A stretch of DNA of 64,000 bases from Cenococcum geophilum. Lineage: Eukaryota. A program made the translations under genes and the position numbers. The notes beneath the pieces are model-generated. The model was not told where the DNA came from, did not search any database, and saw nothing but the letters and a program-made list of their open reading frames with translations. Where the stretch lies: the NCBI GenBank assembly GCA_050273025.1, contig CP158635.1, positions 11,656,001 to 11,720,000 of the forward strand, given 5' to 3'. This document shows, piece after piece, positions 50,594-63,725 of this stretch; the stretch's first letter is position 1; each line of letters opens with the position of its first letter.

Positions 50594-53500
50594 GGTTCTT
50601 CTATACTAATAATAACGGCCTAAATATTGCTAGTAATTAGGTTACTATTCTTAGTAATATATACCCTATTCCTACAGAAAAAGTCTTAAAAATCCTAAAT
50701 AATATTAATATTGCTAAGTGCCTAGGTGTTAGCGGTCTATCCTATAAAATCCTCCCTAAAATATTCCTATAGCTGTAAATTGGCGTAGTATCTACTTTAG
50801 TAGAATATAATATGGTATAAGAGAAAGCTATTAACTTATTTTGCAGTATAAGTTATTATATTAAAAGTAAATTCGTCCTAATTTTTATTAATAAGTTTCG
50901 CGTATAAAGCTACCCCTAATAGTAAGGAGTCTTCCTAGTCGTTTAAAGTAGGCGTAGCTATGTTTTTAGGGGGAGGGAAGTATTATTAGTGTAGGGATTG
51001 TTATTTAGTACGCGTTCGTTATTTAGTACGCGTTTATAACATATATTTGCAATTATAGGGCTTAGGACTAGTTTTAGCCTTAAATCGCAAAGACTTATAA
51101 AGCGTGTTATTTTACGTAATAGACGTAAGAATCTATAATCTAGAAAAGGCTTAGGACCAGTTCTAGCCTTTAGATCCTTAGATTTATAAAAGAGTTCTAT
51201 TTAAGGTTTAAGACTAGTTCTAACCTTAAAAGATAGCTTTCTCTAGTATAAGTAGCACTGGTATAGTAGCTTGTCTCTTCTTAGTAGAATACCTAGCTAT
51301 TCTATGATATAACAGTAAAGTTAACTACTAATTAGTGTAGGTATTATAAGGTAATATTACGTATCTATAGATTTATAGGTAGTATAATAATTGATATTCT
51401 TTTTCTCTCTTCCTTAAGGAAGGGCGAGGAGCTTAAGGCTCCTCGCCACGCTAGTGCCGCGGCGACACGTGATGGCAACTTGCCTCGCATAACGGCAACT
51501 TGCCTATATTCCCGACAAAAAGACTTCTAGTTCTAAAACCACTCCGCCTTACTAATAAACTCCTATCCGGGTTTATTACCTACTACTTTATAGCAATAAT
51601 AACAATTAACTACTATATAGAATTTATACTCTTCTACGTTATAAAGTTATTACCCTCTATACTAGTAATTCTTAAAATACCCTAGCTTAAAAAGTATAAC
51701 CTAAGGGCAGACTTTCTCGCCCTAGAGCTTAAGTTTAACTCTAATTACTATACCTATAACTGTCTTTTATAGCATATTCCTGACTATAACTTAGTAGTAC
51801 TACGCGGACGCATTATACGGCTAATGCTTAAATACTATTAGCTAATAGTAAAAGAGGTGCCTAATACTAGTAAGCTAATATACGTAGTAAACTAAGTAGA
51901 GATTCTAGAAGACTAGACTACTACCCTATTCTCTAAAAAATAAACACTGCTAGAACTATAAGTCCCCTATATATACCCGTTTAACCTAAATTAGCTAATA
52001 AGATACCTAATCTTAAGCTATTTACTATACGTATATACGACCGCACGTATAATAGCTAAGGGCGTTATAGCTAAGACTAAAACCAAAGTAATTAAGACCT
52101 CTCCCCTATAACGCCTAACCTTATACTTATCCCCTACGCGTACTATATAGAGCCACCGCCTTATTTCCGCCCCCTTAGGCTAACTAAGCTATACTAGCCT
52201 AGCTATAGCACTAGAGAACTAAATACGCCCTAACCTAGATAATATTAGATATATTTATACCGTAAATTTTACCTAGTTCTATAAATAAAAAGACGTAAAG
52301 GTAATAAGGATCTATATAGCGGAGCTAGTAAAACTAGTTAAATAAAAAGAGCATTAATAGCTGCTTAAAGAGCTGCCTATAGGCCTAATAGAAGTACCAA
52401 CCCTATTAAAAAGGTCTTTCCGCTAGCTAGTAAAAGGCGACTATATAATAGATAAAGCCCGTAAAGCGCTACCCCCTTATTTTTATAACTTTCTTAAAAT
52501 AAACCTAAAAATAAAGTCTAAGTTTTTATGCCAAAAGATAGTTAATACTAATATTAAGAAATTTCTAAAAGGTAAACTAGGATTAACCTACAAAGACATT
52601 TTATAATACTTACTAAAAGAGTTTCGCGAATATATTAAACACTTCTTCCCTAAAAACGTAGATAAGCTACCCCCTTACCAATTATAGGACTATAAAATTA
52701 AGATTATACCTAGAAAGTAGGCCCTATATTATAAAAATAGACTACTCTTACCTACTAAACTTAGTTATATAAAGAAGTGGATTAACGAGATACTAGATAA
52801 GGGTTTTATCCGCGAATTAATCTTACTAGCCATTATATTACTCCTCCTTACTACGAAACCTAGTAGTAGTATATAAATCTACTATAACTACTAAGGCCTA
52901 AATATAGTTACTATTAAGAATCGGTATCTATTGCTACTAGTCCACGAGATACTTAACGCACTTTATAGTGCTAAGTACTTTACTAAGCTTAATATAATTA
53001 CTACGTTTAACCAGATCCGGATTACGGAAGGCTATAAGTAGCTTATAGCATTTATTACCTAGTTTAGGCTCTATAAAATATTAATTATACTATTTAGTCT
53101 CTATAACGCACCCGCTATATTTTAAAACTATATTAACTATATTCTACACAATGCCCTTAATAACTACTATACTGCGTATCTTAATAATATCCTTATCTTT
53201 TTAAAAACACGCGCTAAGTATATAAAATATATAAATAAAATTATCTAAAGACTTGGTAATGCTGGACTCTAGATTAATATTAATAAGTTTAAGTTTTATA
53301 CTACTAAAATAAAATACCTTAGCTTAATTATCTTAACTAATAGCATATCTATAAACCCTAAGAAGGTATAGGCCTTATAGGAATAGAAGGACCCGACATT
53401 AGTTAAAAAAAACTATAGTAATTTCTTAGCTTTACGAACTTCTACTAATAATTCATCTAAGGCTACTCTAAGGTAGTTAAGCCTATAACTAGGCTACTAA

Positions 53501-55684
53501 AGAAGAGCATTAGCTAGTTATAGGGCCCTAACTAAACATAGGCGTTCTAGACCCTAAAAACAGCGTTTACTACAGCACCGGTCCTAGCATATTATAACTA
53601 TATAAAGAAGATTATAGTAGAAACAGACGCCTTAAACTAGGTTTTAGGTAGAGTACTCTATTAAGCCAACGAAAGTAATAAGCTTAAGCTAGTTATATTC
53701 TTCTCTGCTAAGTACTTAGCCCCTAAATATAATTATAAAATATACAATAAGGAGCTTTTAGCAATTATTAAGGCACTAAAAGAATGGCGCCCTAAACTAT
53801 AAGGAACTAAGTAGCCGTTTAAAATTATTACGGACTATAAGAACCTCTAAACCTTTATAATAACGAAATAATTAAACTAGTGCTAAGTCTGCTAGGCTAA
53901 GTTCCTTTCCTAATTTAACTTTATTATTACCTATAGGCCCAGCACTAAAGCTATAATCTTAGATACTCTTAGCTGCCTTCTAGGCGTTATATCTACTAAT
54001 GCTAATAATAAATGTCTATAATACCGAGACCGCGTTATCTTACTACCAAAGAAAGTCGACCCTACTATCCTAGAAAAGCTACTAAGCGAATTATAAAACT
54101 AGAGTATTAAAGACTTTATCGCAGTAATGGACCTAAAGCCTAAGAAAAAAACCCTTAAGGAGCTTATTAAGAATGCCTATATAGAAAATAAACTCGCTAG
54201 GAATATATTAGCTATGCTATATAAATAGGAAGACTATAAAGTACGCTATTGGTTTAAGCAGATTAGGAAGCTGCTTCGCTGTAATAAATCTAAATATTTA
54301 ATTATTAACGGCCTAATCTACTATAGGAATTAAGTATTTGTCCCTAATTTACCTAAACTCTAACTAGAAGTTATATACCGTATATATAGTTTAGGCCCTA
54401 TAGGTTACCTAGGCCGCGTTAAAACACTAAACCTCTTTAATTAAACGTATTAGTAGCTAAGTATTTTATAGTTTACGGCTACCTTTATAAGAGACTACAC
54501 TCTCTACTTCCGTATAAAAACCCTATATTTAGCACCGCCTAATTTCCTAAAACTACTAGAACTACCAGTCTACCTATAGATTATTATCTCTATTAACCAC
54601 GTTATTAACCTACCTAAGTGCCTTTATAACAGCAAAACATATAGATATATTTTTATCATTATTAACCGCCTAATAAAGATAAGACACTTTATTCCTATTA
54701 CTAGCCTAAATACTAAAAAGCTTATTAAAGCATTTATTTACACTATCTATAAGTTACACAGCGCTTTAAATACCATTATTTCTAATAAAGGCTCTTTATT
54801 TATTTCTAACTTTTAGCGTTACCTAAACTAGCGCCTAAAGGTAACCCTAAGCCCTAGCTCCGTATAGCACCCTAAAATAAATAGTTAAACTAAGATTATT
54901 AATATAGCAATAAATAAGTACCTACGCGCCTTTATAAGCTTTACCTAAGGCAACTAGGTAGATTGGCTTCCCCTTACTAAGTTTGCTATAAATAACTAGG
55001 TTAATAAGACTATGGAAATCTTACCGTTCTTTGCCAACTATAGCTATAACCTACGTCTAGGTATTAAACTAGCAGGCCCCTAGCTATTAGCCGTATCTAT
55101 ATATATAAAAAAGGAGTACCTATAAGCTAATACTATTGCTAACCACTTTAAGCGCATCTTAACCTAACTTAAAGCCCTAGCTTATATCTCCTAGCAACGC
55201 TATAAAGATAACGCTAATATAAAACAAGACGAAGGTATAATATTTAAAAAGGATAATATAGTTATAGTTAGCCTTAAAAATATAAAGACTAACCGGCCTA
55301 AGAGGAAGTAGGATAATAACTAGGATAGCCCTAGTCCATCTTAGCTACCTATAAAGGAGTAGTTATAGTTAACCTCCTAAACTATATCCGTGTTAATAAG
55401 TCTTTTTATACTTTAAAAGTCCGCCTCTAGTTCCCTAAAGAGATCTCTAGTTAAGTATATATTAATAAAAAGGAACGTTATAATGTTATAGGCAGAATAG
55501 CTAAAAGGGATAATAACAGCAATATTACAGATAAGTAGGAATTTAAAAAGATCTTTAATATATATAATAAATAAATAGACGAGCACGGCTTAATATATTA
55601 TATTAAGTGGAAGTATTATAATAAGGAAACCTAGGAACCTAAGAAATCCCTAAAAGGGTGCGAGCGTGTACTACTAAAGTTTTA

Positions 55685-56171
55685 TCCCTTAACACGTCAA
55701 CTTGGGCACCCGTGTTATCGATAAGAGCCTACCAATCAGATTAATAGAATTTAATGCCTGTGCTTAAGAATATCCCTTAACCCGTTAATTCGCGTCCAAC
55801 GGTTATCGATAAGAGCTAGCCAATCAATCGAGCTGAATTTAACGCCCGTACTGAGAAATACGAAGCTTTTGATTAGGTGCACGCGTTGTTTTGGAACTGG
55901 TGTTCGCGCATGGACCACTTCTCGTTGGACACTAACGGGTTAAGGGATAAAGCTTTTAATTTCATAGCGAAATAATATATAAGCTTATCTTTGGAGTTGA
56001 GTTGCTTGATATAAAGTCTCTAGCGGCCGTACTTCTTGCAGAACGGTATTTTATAGATACTGCAGCTAAAATAAGTCCTTGAATGACGCTGCCGCCTAGA
56101 TAAACGCGTTGTTTAAGTTTTGGTGTTCGCGCACGGGCCTTCTCCTCTGGGTGCCCTAACGTGTTAAGGGA
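55685..56171. mobile_element. MITE with TA TSD in the Gypsy chromodomain
   Basis: TIRs tcccttaacacgt / acgtgttaaggga; TA flanks. Confidence 0.85.
55773..55947. mobile_element. Related shorter MITE nested in the previous MITE
   Basis: TIRs tcccttaacccgtta / taacgggttaaggga; TA flanks. Confidence 0.85.
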
Positions 56172-57624
56172 TAAATAATACCCTAAGAAGCTAGGACCCC
56201 TAGACTAGGTATAAGATAAAAAAGAGTTACGCCAAAACTATAGCTAACTATAAAGATAATTTATGGTGGTTAAGATCTTATAAAACTTTAACTACCGGTT
56301 AAAGTTGTCTAATTAGTTAGTTTTTTGCTAAAAAGCTCTATATAGCGGCGGTGTAAAGTTCTACCGACTTTATTTATTAAATTAACTAATTAGGATTTTC
56401 CATACCTAGTATAAAAAATTACTATTAGCTTAGTTAAGAGCGGTAAGTGGAAGTAATATCTTTACAGTAAAAATAAGTTACTTATTTGGTTTAGGGACTA
56501 AACCTTCTAGGGAGGGGAGTACTGTTACGGCACTAACCTGACGCATACTGTTTTATACTATTTCGTACTATCTCGTACTATTTCGTACTGTTGGCTGGCC
56601 CACCACTAGCGCCTTGGCGGCTGGCCCTACTATTTGTATACGATACCCCCTTTTGCCTTCTTCTCCTCTTTATACCACAACGTAGTTATTTAGTCTACTT
56701 CATTGCAGCACCGTGACACCCCCCCATACATTTCATTATACATTTTGCAGATGCAGAACACTCTATACTATACCCCGTCCCTATACTCCTTAGAATAGTA
56801 AGCAATATCTCTACTACGAGCAGCATAGGTCTTAAAAACACTATACAACGCCGCAGAAGGCCTGTATTACTGGCGCGATTAAGTTTAACCACGCGATGGG
56901 CTTCTAAGGCCTTAAAATTCTCAAATTTTAGCTGTATAAGCTCCGCATAAGAATACAAAGCTTTATTCTACGTATAAATGTGTAAGCATAGTTCCTATAT
57001 AAATTTTGGTAATGGGCGATAAGAACGTGGACCTCGCGAATTTTGCAGTCTCACTTTTTCTGTCAATCGCGTGCGTGCTAAGGGATAGAGGCCCTAGAGC
57101 CACATTTAATAGACAGAGTCCTCATCCTTTATTGTCCGGCCGACAACAGCTCCCCCACTGTTGGTTAGCCTATCGATAACGATCGACGTGCTAGGCAGCA
57201 ACTTACCTCAGTGTCAAGACCCAAGACCAGACCAAGTTCCTCCGGCACTGCTATATGAAACAGAGCAGAACTGTCGATCGGTAGTCCGTGCACCGATCGT
57301 AAGAAAAGAATGAGGACTCTCTATTCAAACTATGAAGAAAAGAAGCTATTTATACATGAGGTAGGTGTCTGAAATAGGAAAGGGAGGGGGGGTATGTAAC
57401 TGAAACGGGGGTAGTAGTACAACCGGAATAGGAACAAGGATAGGGTAATAGGCTAAATTCAACCTAAATCGACAAGAACATTCAAACAAGTCCCCTACTT
57501 CAAAGCGATAATCATATACAGCGGTAGCTCTTGGCATCTCTTCATATAGAAGGGGATTTTGCGCTTCAGTCAGCAGTAGTAAGAATGGAGCTGCATGTGA
57601 GTGACGTCATAATTCCTTCAGACG

Positions 57625-59676
57625 ATGCTGACCGGTTGTGCGCTTCTGGAGATACCCATACCCCCCACCCCAGACACACTCTGCAACTGCTGTCAAACTT
57701 TTGACCTCCAGCTTGCAGATTTTCGTCTCGAAAGCGCGCCAGAGATTGATGAAAATGGAAACACCGGAACACCGCGCAAGATATCTTTAGGCGTGCTATC
57801 GAGTATTCCCCGTCAAGGCAATTGTCCGTTGTGTCGTTTAGCCGCTAAAGTCTGGGAGTTTGACCATAAATGGGACCACAAATATATGGAGGACCCAATC
57901 TGTACAGCACTCCTATGTCGCGGTGAACCCTTTAAAGACCACAATACCAGAAGGATACTGTATCCCAAGTATGTTTGCATTTCCTTCAGCAACAACACGG
58001 TAAGTTCGAGGATCTTTGTCCCGTCAATTACAAACAAGCTCCACTTAGGCACTGGGCAACACACCGGTCGGTATTTATCTACGCGAGAGGAGAAAGCTCA
58101 TTTGATACGTCAATGGATTTGGCGCTGTGATCGGCAACATGGACCGCACAAAGATTCTGGAATAGCGACCTTTCCACCGGTCCAAGGTTTGCTTGTTATT
58201 GATGTCTGGAACGATTGCCTGGTAGTATTGCCAGTTAATTGCAGATACCTTGCCCTAAGCTATGTCTGGGGAGTTCATACTTGCCCAGGCGCAAGGAAGA
58301 GCAACATCGACCTTCTCAAAGTACCAGGAGGGCTCACAAAGGGGTGTGAGCCAATGCCAGGGACGATCGGGGACGCAATTTGGCTTACCCATAATATAGG
58401 CGAGCGATACCTTTGGGTGGATCTTCTTTGCATCGTACAAGACGATAACAGCAATAAACATTCCATGATCTCTTCGATGGATCAAATATTCCTACAAGCT
58501 TCCCTCACTATCGTCGCAGTTACTGGTGAGAGCGCCGACTCTGGTCTTTTTGTCAGCGATCCTGAAGGCTTCCGACAAGGCGAGCGAATCAGCGAGGAGC
58601 TTACTCTTATTTCTATTAAAAACTATCAGTCTTACTGGAGCAAAGACAACTGGTCTCATTATAGAAGAGCATGGACGTAAGTAATGCACCAGTTAGGTTG
58701 GAAGGAGAAAAGTAGATGCTTACTAGTTACCAGCCTACAGGAGCAACTGCTCTCCAAGCGCCAAATAATTTTCGTTGACGGCCTTGTTTTCTTTCTTTGC
58801 CCTCAAGTAAGCTGGCGAGAGGATCTTATTGCAGAAGAAGTTATACACCTTCAAGGTTACCATTACGACCTCTTCCATGTCTTCGGACATGTCCTTCACG
58901 AAGGCTCAAGGAAGACGTATGATGCTTTTAGCAAATTCGAGATCTGCGTTTCCGACTATGTAGAACGAGACATAAGCTACCCAAGCGATATCATGAACGC
59001 ATTTTCCGGTATCAGCGCGGTGTTGGGACGCGAGCTCGGCACGCCATTACTTTTTGGCTTACCGATCGAATACTTCGACTGGGCCGTCCTGTGGCAATCT
59101 TCTGAGTATCTCGGTGAATCCAGGAGGCGGAACCTATTTCCCAGCTGGAGTTGGGCGGGATGGACCGACAGGATATCATGGGATGACTCCATAATCTGGG
59201 CAGGGTCTAATAGTCTTGCCTCGATGGCTACACTATTCTCGTCCAAGTCTGTTCGTAAGATGATCGTGTGGCAATACCGGCCCGCCAGGTCAGAACGGTT
59301 TGAGCTGTTGCAGAACGGCGCAGGTCAAGAATCTCCGACTCCGAGTCCAATGAGCACAGGTTGTCCCCCCGGTCAGAGGGGTCACAATCACGGATCTAAT
59401 TCAAGCTACCTGAATGATGCCGTTAGGGAGACTACAATTTCCTCTCCAGCAGAGGGCGCTGGCCAACTGAAGTTCTTCGCGACAGTCCTTACTTTCGAAA
59501 TCGTAAAGAAGGAAAGAAAACTTTGCCTTCATGACTGCCTCGGGAACTTTGCCGGAGAAATTCATGGCGATCTTCGATCAGTTGATACAATGCCGCCATT
59601 TGTCGGAAGGCATGAAGTTTTCATTCTTTCTGAGCGCTTGTGTGGGGGTGGGAGAAGCAGTGATGTCAGCGGTTAG
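57625..59676 (+). CDS. Heterokaryon-incompatibility (HET) domain protein; intron 58677-58733; 3' part interrupted by a MITE at 59658
   Basis: YLALSYVWG, TIGDAI, ERYLWVD-LCIVQDD; RAWT/LQE joined by a gtaagt...cag intron; FPSWSWAGW. A short first exon from ATG 57585 is possible. Confidence 0.88.
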
Positions 59677-60413
59677 GTTAGGTTACAAAAATGAGGCCAA
59701 AACCGATCCAAAATTCGGATTTAGGCTACTAACCGGTTATGTAACCGGTTAAACCAGATCAACCGGATAAAATATATAGATTTTGGAGTAATATAGTGTA
59801 TAAAGCGGTAAAGGTGCTTAAGGAAGGTACGGAGGAGTTGTATAAAGTAATGAAATAGTATATAGAGGTCCTATAAAGCTTGCAGGACGTCAGCAGTGAT
59901 ATTAGCGATCAATACGCAAATTAGAACGTCGTACTTACTATCGCGAGTCTTGGCATGGTGTTGAACGACGATTAGTCGTCAATTATAAAATAATGAGGGT
60001 AGTATATGGGTAGTAATAAGGGTAGTAATAATAAAGGCGACGCGTTATGGGCGACGTGATATAGGCGACGCGATGGGGATAACGCGGTTAGGAATAACCA
60101 CCGTAACTTTATTAACTCCATTAAATTAACTACATCCAATGGATCTGGTTATCTATAAAGCCTTGAACGGATTAACTAGGGCGTTGCTACACGGCAATTT
60201 TAAGCCAATAGACGAGGCTTGGCTCCCTTAGGTGACGTTCGCCCTTACCCAAATCCTTACCACTAAGGCCTTACTGGTTCCTGGTTACCTGGTTATCGCT
60301 AAAACTTCAGAACCGATCCAGATTAAGCCAATAAAATCGTCTAACCGGTTAGGCTTTGAATTTTGGTTTAACCGAACCGATCCAATGAAGTAACCTAACC
60401 AGTGACATCACTG
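59658..60413. mobile_element. hAT-type MITE (756 bp) inserted in the HET coding sequence
   Basis: TIRs CAGTGATGTCA / TGACATCACTG; 8-bp TSD GGGAGAAG (59650-59657, 60414-60421); aaccg/ggtta subterminal repeats. Confidence 0.95.
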
Positions 60414-60692
60414 GGGAGAAGAAAGGGCATTGTTGCTCAATTTTCACTGCCTAATAAAGACGGAGCATATAAATCGCTCTTGAACGATATAGATACTTAT
60501 CCCCCGGATCTGCCACATACACTACGACAATTCGTCCTTCCTGAGCCTTGGACGTGGAGCCTGTACAACGTTATGGCCATCGAATGGAGAGGTTGTATTG
60601 CATACAGGATAGCCACGGGGTGGATATATCGCGAAGCCGCCGAACGGAGCTTCGAGCCGGGTCGTCGTCGTATAGAGATAGTACTTGGCTGA
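60414..60692 (+). pseudogene. Separated C-terminal coding segment of the first HET gene (or final exon if the MITE is spliced)
   Basis: Removing the MITE and one TSD gives ...LCGGGRRKGIV...YNVMAIEWRGCIAYRIATG...EIVLG*, a typical HET-protein C-terminus, in frame and without stops. Confidence 0.8.
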
Positions 60693-61513
60693 ATGATAGG
60701 CTATGGTTCCTCTTGTACTTAAGTAAGGTGCTATTTAGAAGCGGAGTAGACCTGAACTCGTCCGTGCAAAGTTTCCTCTCGAAATAGCCAGGGCTTAGGC
60801 AAAATAAAAGCTACCTCACGGTATAAACAATTGGCCGCATATCGTGGATAAGATCAACGCTAACTCTGAGAGATGGGTTGCTCCGAAGAATGACAGCCAC
60901 TCCAGCTGAAGAGCATGCAAAAGTCTCATGTGATGTGGCTGTGCTAGGTTTGCCCAACTGTGGATCCAGTTCTGGCTGTCCCTAAATAACGTATGCACGG
61001 TCCCATCTTGTGCACGGCACCAAAATATATTAAAATAAAACGAGGTGGTGGCAAAATGCATGCAGAATCCTGAGGGCCTGTCTCATTAGGTATCTATATC
61101 TAGCTATCTAAGAATACAGAATAAACCTATTCCGCTGCCGCCTATCACCATCTTGCTTTATTTCTCCTTGACATGAGGAGTCTGCTGTGGAAGAAACTGG
61201 TCTCGCATAAATAGAAACCTATCGCCATCCTGCTTCATTTCTTCTCGATATAAGAAGTCTGCTGTAGAGGAAGGTCCCGCATAAACATAGTGGCTACACC
61301 GCCGACTGCAAGCTATATATTATTAGAAGGTAGGATATCCCTTCCAACGGTGGTGTCCTACGAGAGTTGGACCGTGCGCGAATACCAGAATCAAAAGTAC
61401 GCATATGGTTGATCCTATTGATTCTATTGGGTAACTCTTATCGATAACCGTAGGAATTCCACGTTCTCCAACTGCCACCCATTCAGAGCTTCAAGCGACG
61501 AAAACCAGTCACG

Positions 61514-63547
61514 ATGATGGACGACTTCGATATTGACATTGATCCAGCCCTGGTGGAGCGGATGCCATGGCTCGAGACCCCGTTAGATACTAGTAAACCC
61601 CACATCCGGATTCTTAAGTTGCACAAGGGAGCCGACGATAGTCCGATTACCTGCAGGTTGCAGATTGTGTCCTTAGATGATAACCCAGAGTACGAAACCC
61701 TTTCTTATGTTTGGGGCGATCCGGAGAAAACCAAGTCCATCATTATCGGTGGTGAGATCTTCAATGCGACAGAGAATTTGGTCGATTTCTTGCATTGCTT
61801 GAGGCAGCGAATCGCCGATCGGTTCCTATGGGTTGATGCTATTTGCATCGATCAGTCGAACGTTGAAGAGAAAAATCGTCAACTTGGATTGATGGCCAGA
61901 ATCTACCGTCAAGCAAAGGAGGCCCATATCTGGTTCGGCCACTTTACGCAGTCATGGTCTAATGAAATTATATGCGACTCGGACAAGTACACCCGAGCGT
62001 CTGAAATGACATCAGATCAATGGAATCAGGCAGAACAAATCTGCTGTGACGAACTGAGGCATTTCCTGAGAGCGGGTGGCAAAGCTCCACAACAATATGA
62101 GCTGCCCGATTCAAAGAAGCAATCTTGTGACGAACTCCTATCCCGGACATTGGATGTGCTGGACGGAGCCGCAGGGGGGAAGCATCTACATGAGTTCCCA
62201 CTTTTCCTCCTCGCTGACGATGTCAGCAAAGGCGGTCGATTTGCGATGAATAGGCACTGGCTTACGATTCTTGACTGCATTCGGTGGTTGCTTTCACGTC
62301 AGTGGTGGACTCGAGTATGGACTCTGCAAGAAGCCGTCTTGCCCCAGGTCGATTCCTTCATACACGCTTATCCATACTCGTTCCGCATATCAAGGCTGCT
62401 GAATGGCATTCAATCTATGATGGACCACCGTCTTGAGTGCTGCAAGGACCTAGGAAGACTCTTTCTTGGAGAATATCAGAGCTTTCCCTTCTACCAGTAC
62501 ACTCGAGCTTACGCCCTGCATGGCCATCGCAAGAGATTTACAGAATCGGAATCGCAATGGCTGTCTCTTGAAGAAGCCATTAGTTCAGCTCAGGGACGGA
62601 AAGCTACTGATCTACGAGATCATTTCTTCGGGATACTAGGGTTGCTACCTCCAGAGTGGCAAGATGGTTGGTTCTACAATCAGGGTTACTCATGCACCAC
62701 CGCTGAAATATTTGGTCAATGCGCCAAATTACTTTATACCAATTACGACAGCCTTGGACCACTCAGCGACGCAATCGGTGTTAGAAGAAGTATGGTTAGC
62801 GACTTGCCCTCATGGGCTATTGATCTCAGCAACCAGCTTCCTGACGGTGAAGACGACAACAATCGCTGGGAGCTCTACGATGCATCCCGTCAGTCACGCT
62901 TTGAAGGAGTCGGGTTCATGCATGAATTGACGGGCCTAGATCTATCGATTAAGATGATCCCGATAGGAACAGTGCATGCCTGTGCTAGGCGGGTGTCTCA
63001 AGACGAACTGAATTCAAATCGCACATCTAATGTGGTGCTCAGCCACGTATCTGAATGGCAGCGGCTATACAAAGACTGCGCGGATCCTCCTGACAACGAC
63101 AAGTTTTGGAGGGCTGCCTTCATGGATAGAGACATCTGGAGATACTGGCTGCACGAAAGGAAACCGCTGCCTTGGCAGAGGCTGGCCGATATAAAGCAAT
63201 GGTGGAGAAGCTGGAGCGAAACGGGAGACAATCGAGATCTCACCGTAGACAAGCAGGCTGGTGACGGTAGCCATGGAGACTATCACTATAGAGCGCTTAA
63301 GCTCAATGCAAAGAACCATCGGTTCTTTTGTACAGCCAAAGGTGAGCCGGGACTCGGACCCCATTTTATGCAACCTTCAGACGAGGTATGCGTGCTTGCG
63401 GGCTGTCGGGCACCTGCTGTTCTACGACGTGTAATGAGGGATGGAAAAGATGCTTTCTTGTTTGTTGGTCTTTGCTTCGTCGACGGGTGGATGTACGGAG
63501 AGGCTACACTTGGTCGTCCAAAATGGCAGACTGTAACATTGCATTGA
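61514..63547 (+). CDS. HET-domain protein, HET-6-like, 677 aa, intact single exon
   Basis: IRILKL, YETLSYVWG, LWVDAICIDQ-N-EK-Q-MARIY, WWTRVWTLQE, ATDLRD, LPSWAID and C-terminal GLGP...DEVCVL-G...VLR...GLCFVDGWMYGE. Confidence 0.95.
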   Translation: MMDDFDIDIDPALVERMPWLETPLDTSKPHIRILKLHKGADDSPITCRLQIVSLDDNPEYETLSYVWGDPEKTKSIIIGGEIFNATENLVDFLHCLRQRIADRFLWVDAICIDQSNVEEKNRQLGLMARIYRQAKEAHIWFGHFTQSWSNEIICDSDKYTRASEMTSDQWNQAEQICCDELRHFLRAGGKAPQQYELPDSKKQSCDELLSRTLDVLDGAAGGKHLHEFPLFLLADDVSKGGRFAMNRHWLTILDCIRWLLSRQWWTRVWTLQEAVLPQVDSFIHAYPYSFRISRLLNGIQSMMDHRLECCKDLGRLFLGEYQSFPFYQYTRAYALHGHRKRFTESESQWLSLEEAISSAQGRKATDLRDHFFGILGLLPPEWQDGWFYNQGYSCTTAEIFGQCAKLLYTNYDSLGPLSDAIGVRRSMVSDLPSWAIDLSNQLPDGEDDNNRWELYDASRQSRFEGVGFMHELTGLDLSIKMIPIGTVHACARRVSQDELNSNRTSNVVLSHVSEWQRLYKDCADPPDNDKFWRAAFMDRDIWRYWLHERKPLPWQRLADIKQWWRSWSETGDNRDLTVDKQAGDGSHGDYHYRALKLNAKNHRFFCTAKGEPGLGPHFMQPSDEVCVLAGCRAPAVLRRVMRDGKDAFLFVGLCFVDGWMYGEATLGRPKWQTVTLH

Positions 63548-63725
63548 GGTCGACTACAGGAATTATAATAATATCACAGGATTTACATTGCTAATTCCTA
63601 ATGAGTTTCTTAGGGACATAGCCTTAGGAATCCGCGTGCGGAGCCTGCTTTCAGGAATCGTGACACATGGTGCTTTAACAGTGATAAGTATTTGAGCGAA
63701 TGAGGTATTTATTGGGCTAGGCGCC

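Larger units (their letters stand above)
48287..51517 (-). mobile_element. GalEa-type Copia 5' half (gag; 5' LTR 51336-51517), continuation of 17202-18041
   Basis: Begins TAaccttataatttt, the sequence that follows the TA in the uninterrupted copy (10714-10730). actaattag hairpin site at 51327-51335. gag matches 34183-36020. Confidence 0.92.
51518..56718 (+). mobile_element. Chromovirus-type Gypsy 3' part (PR-RT-RH-IN-chromodomain; 3' LTR 56523-56718)
   Basis: De-RIPed VILGMPWL (~51670), AYLDDIL (~53175), VETDAS (~53617), integrase ~54350-55100, chromodomain Y-IKWK...TWEP (~55600). PPT gggaggggagtac then tgttacggcac...cgtgaca. Confidence 0.92.
1..57000. other. AT-rich, RIP-mutated nested transposon block
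   Basis: Strong TpA excess and CpA/TpG depletion. Paired repeats (LTRs, TIRs, duplicate elements) differ almost only by C>T/G>A changes. TE reading frames are broken by TAA/TAG at expected Gln/Trp codons. Confidence 0.95.

Noticed and set aside
56695..56958. 87-aa minus-strand ORF next to the Gypsy LTR
   Set aside because: RIP-like composition, overlaps the LTR, no recognisable motif.
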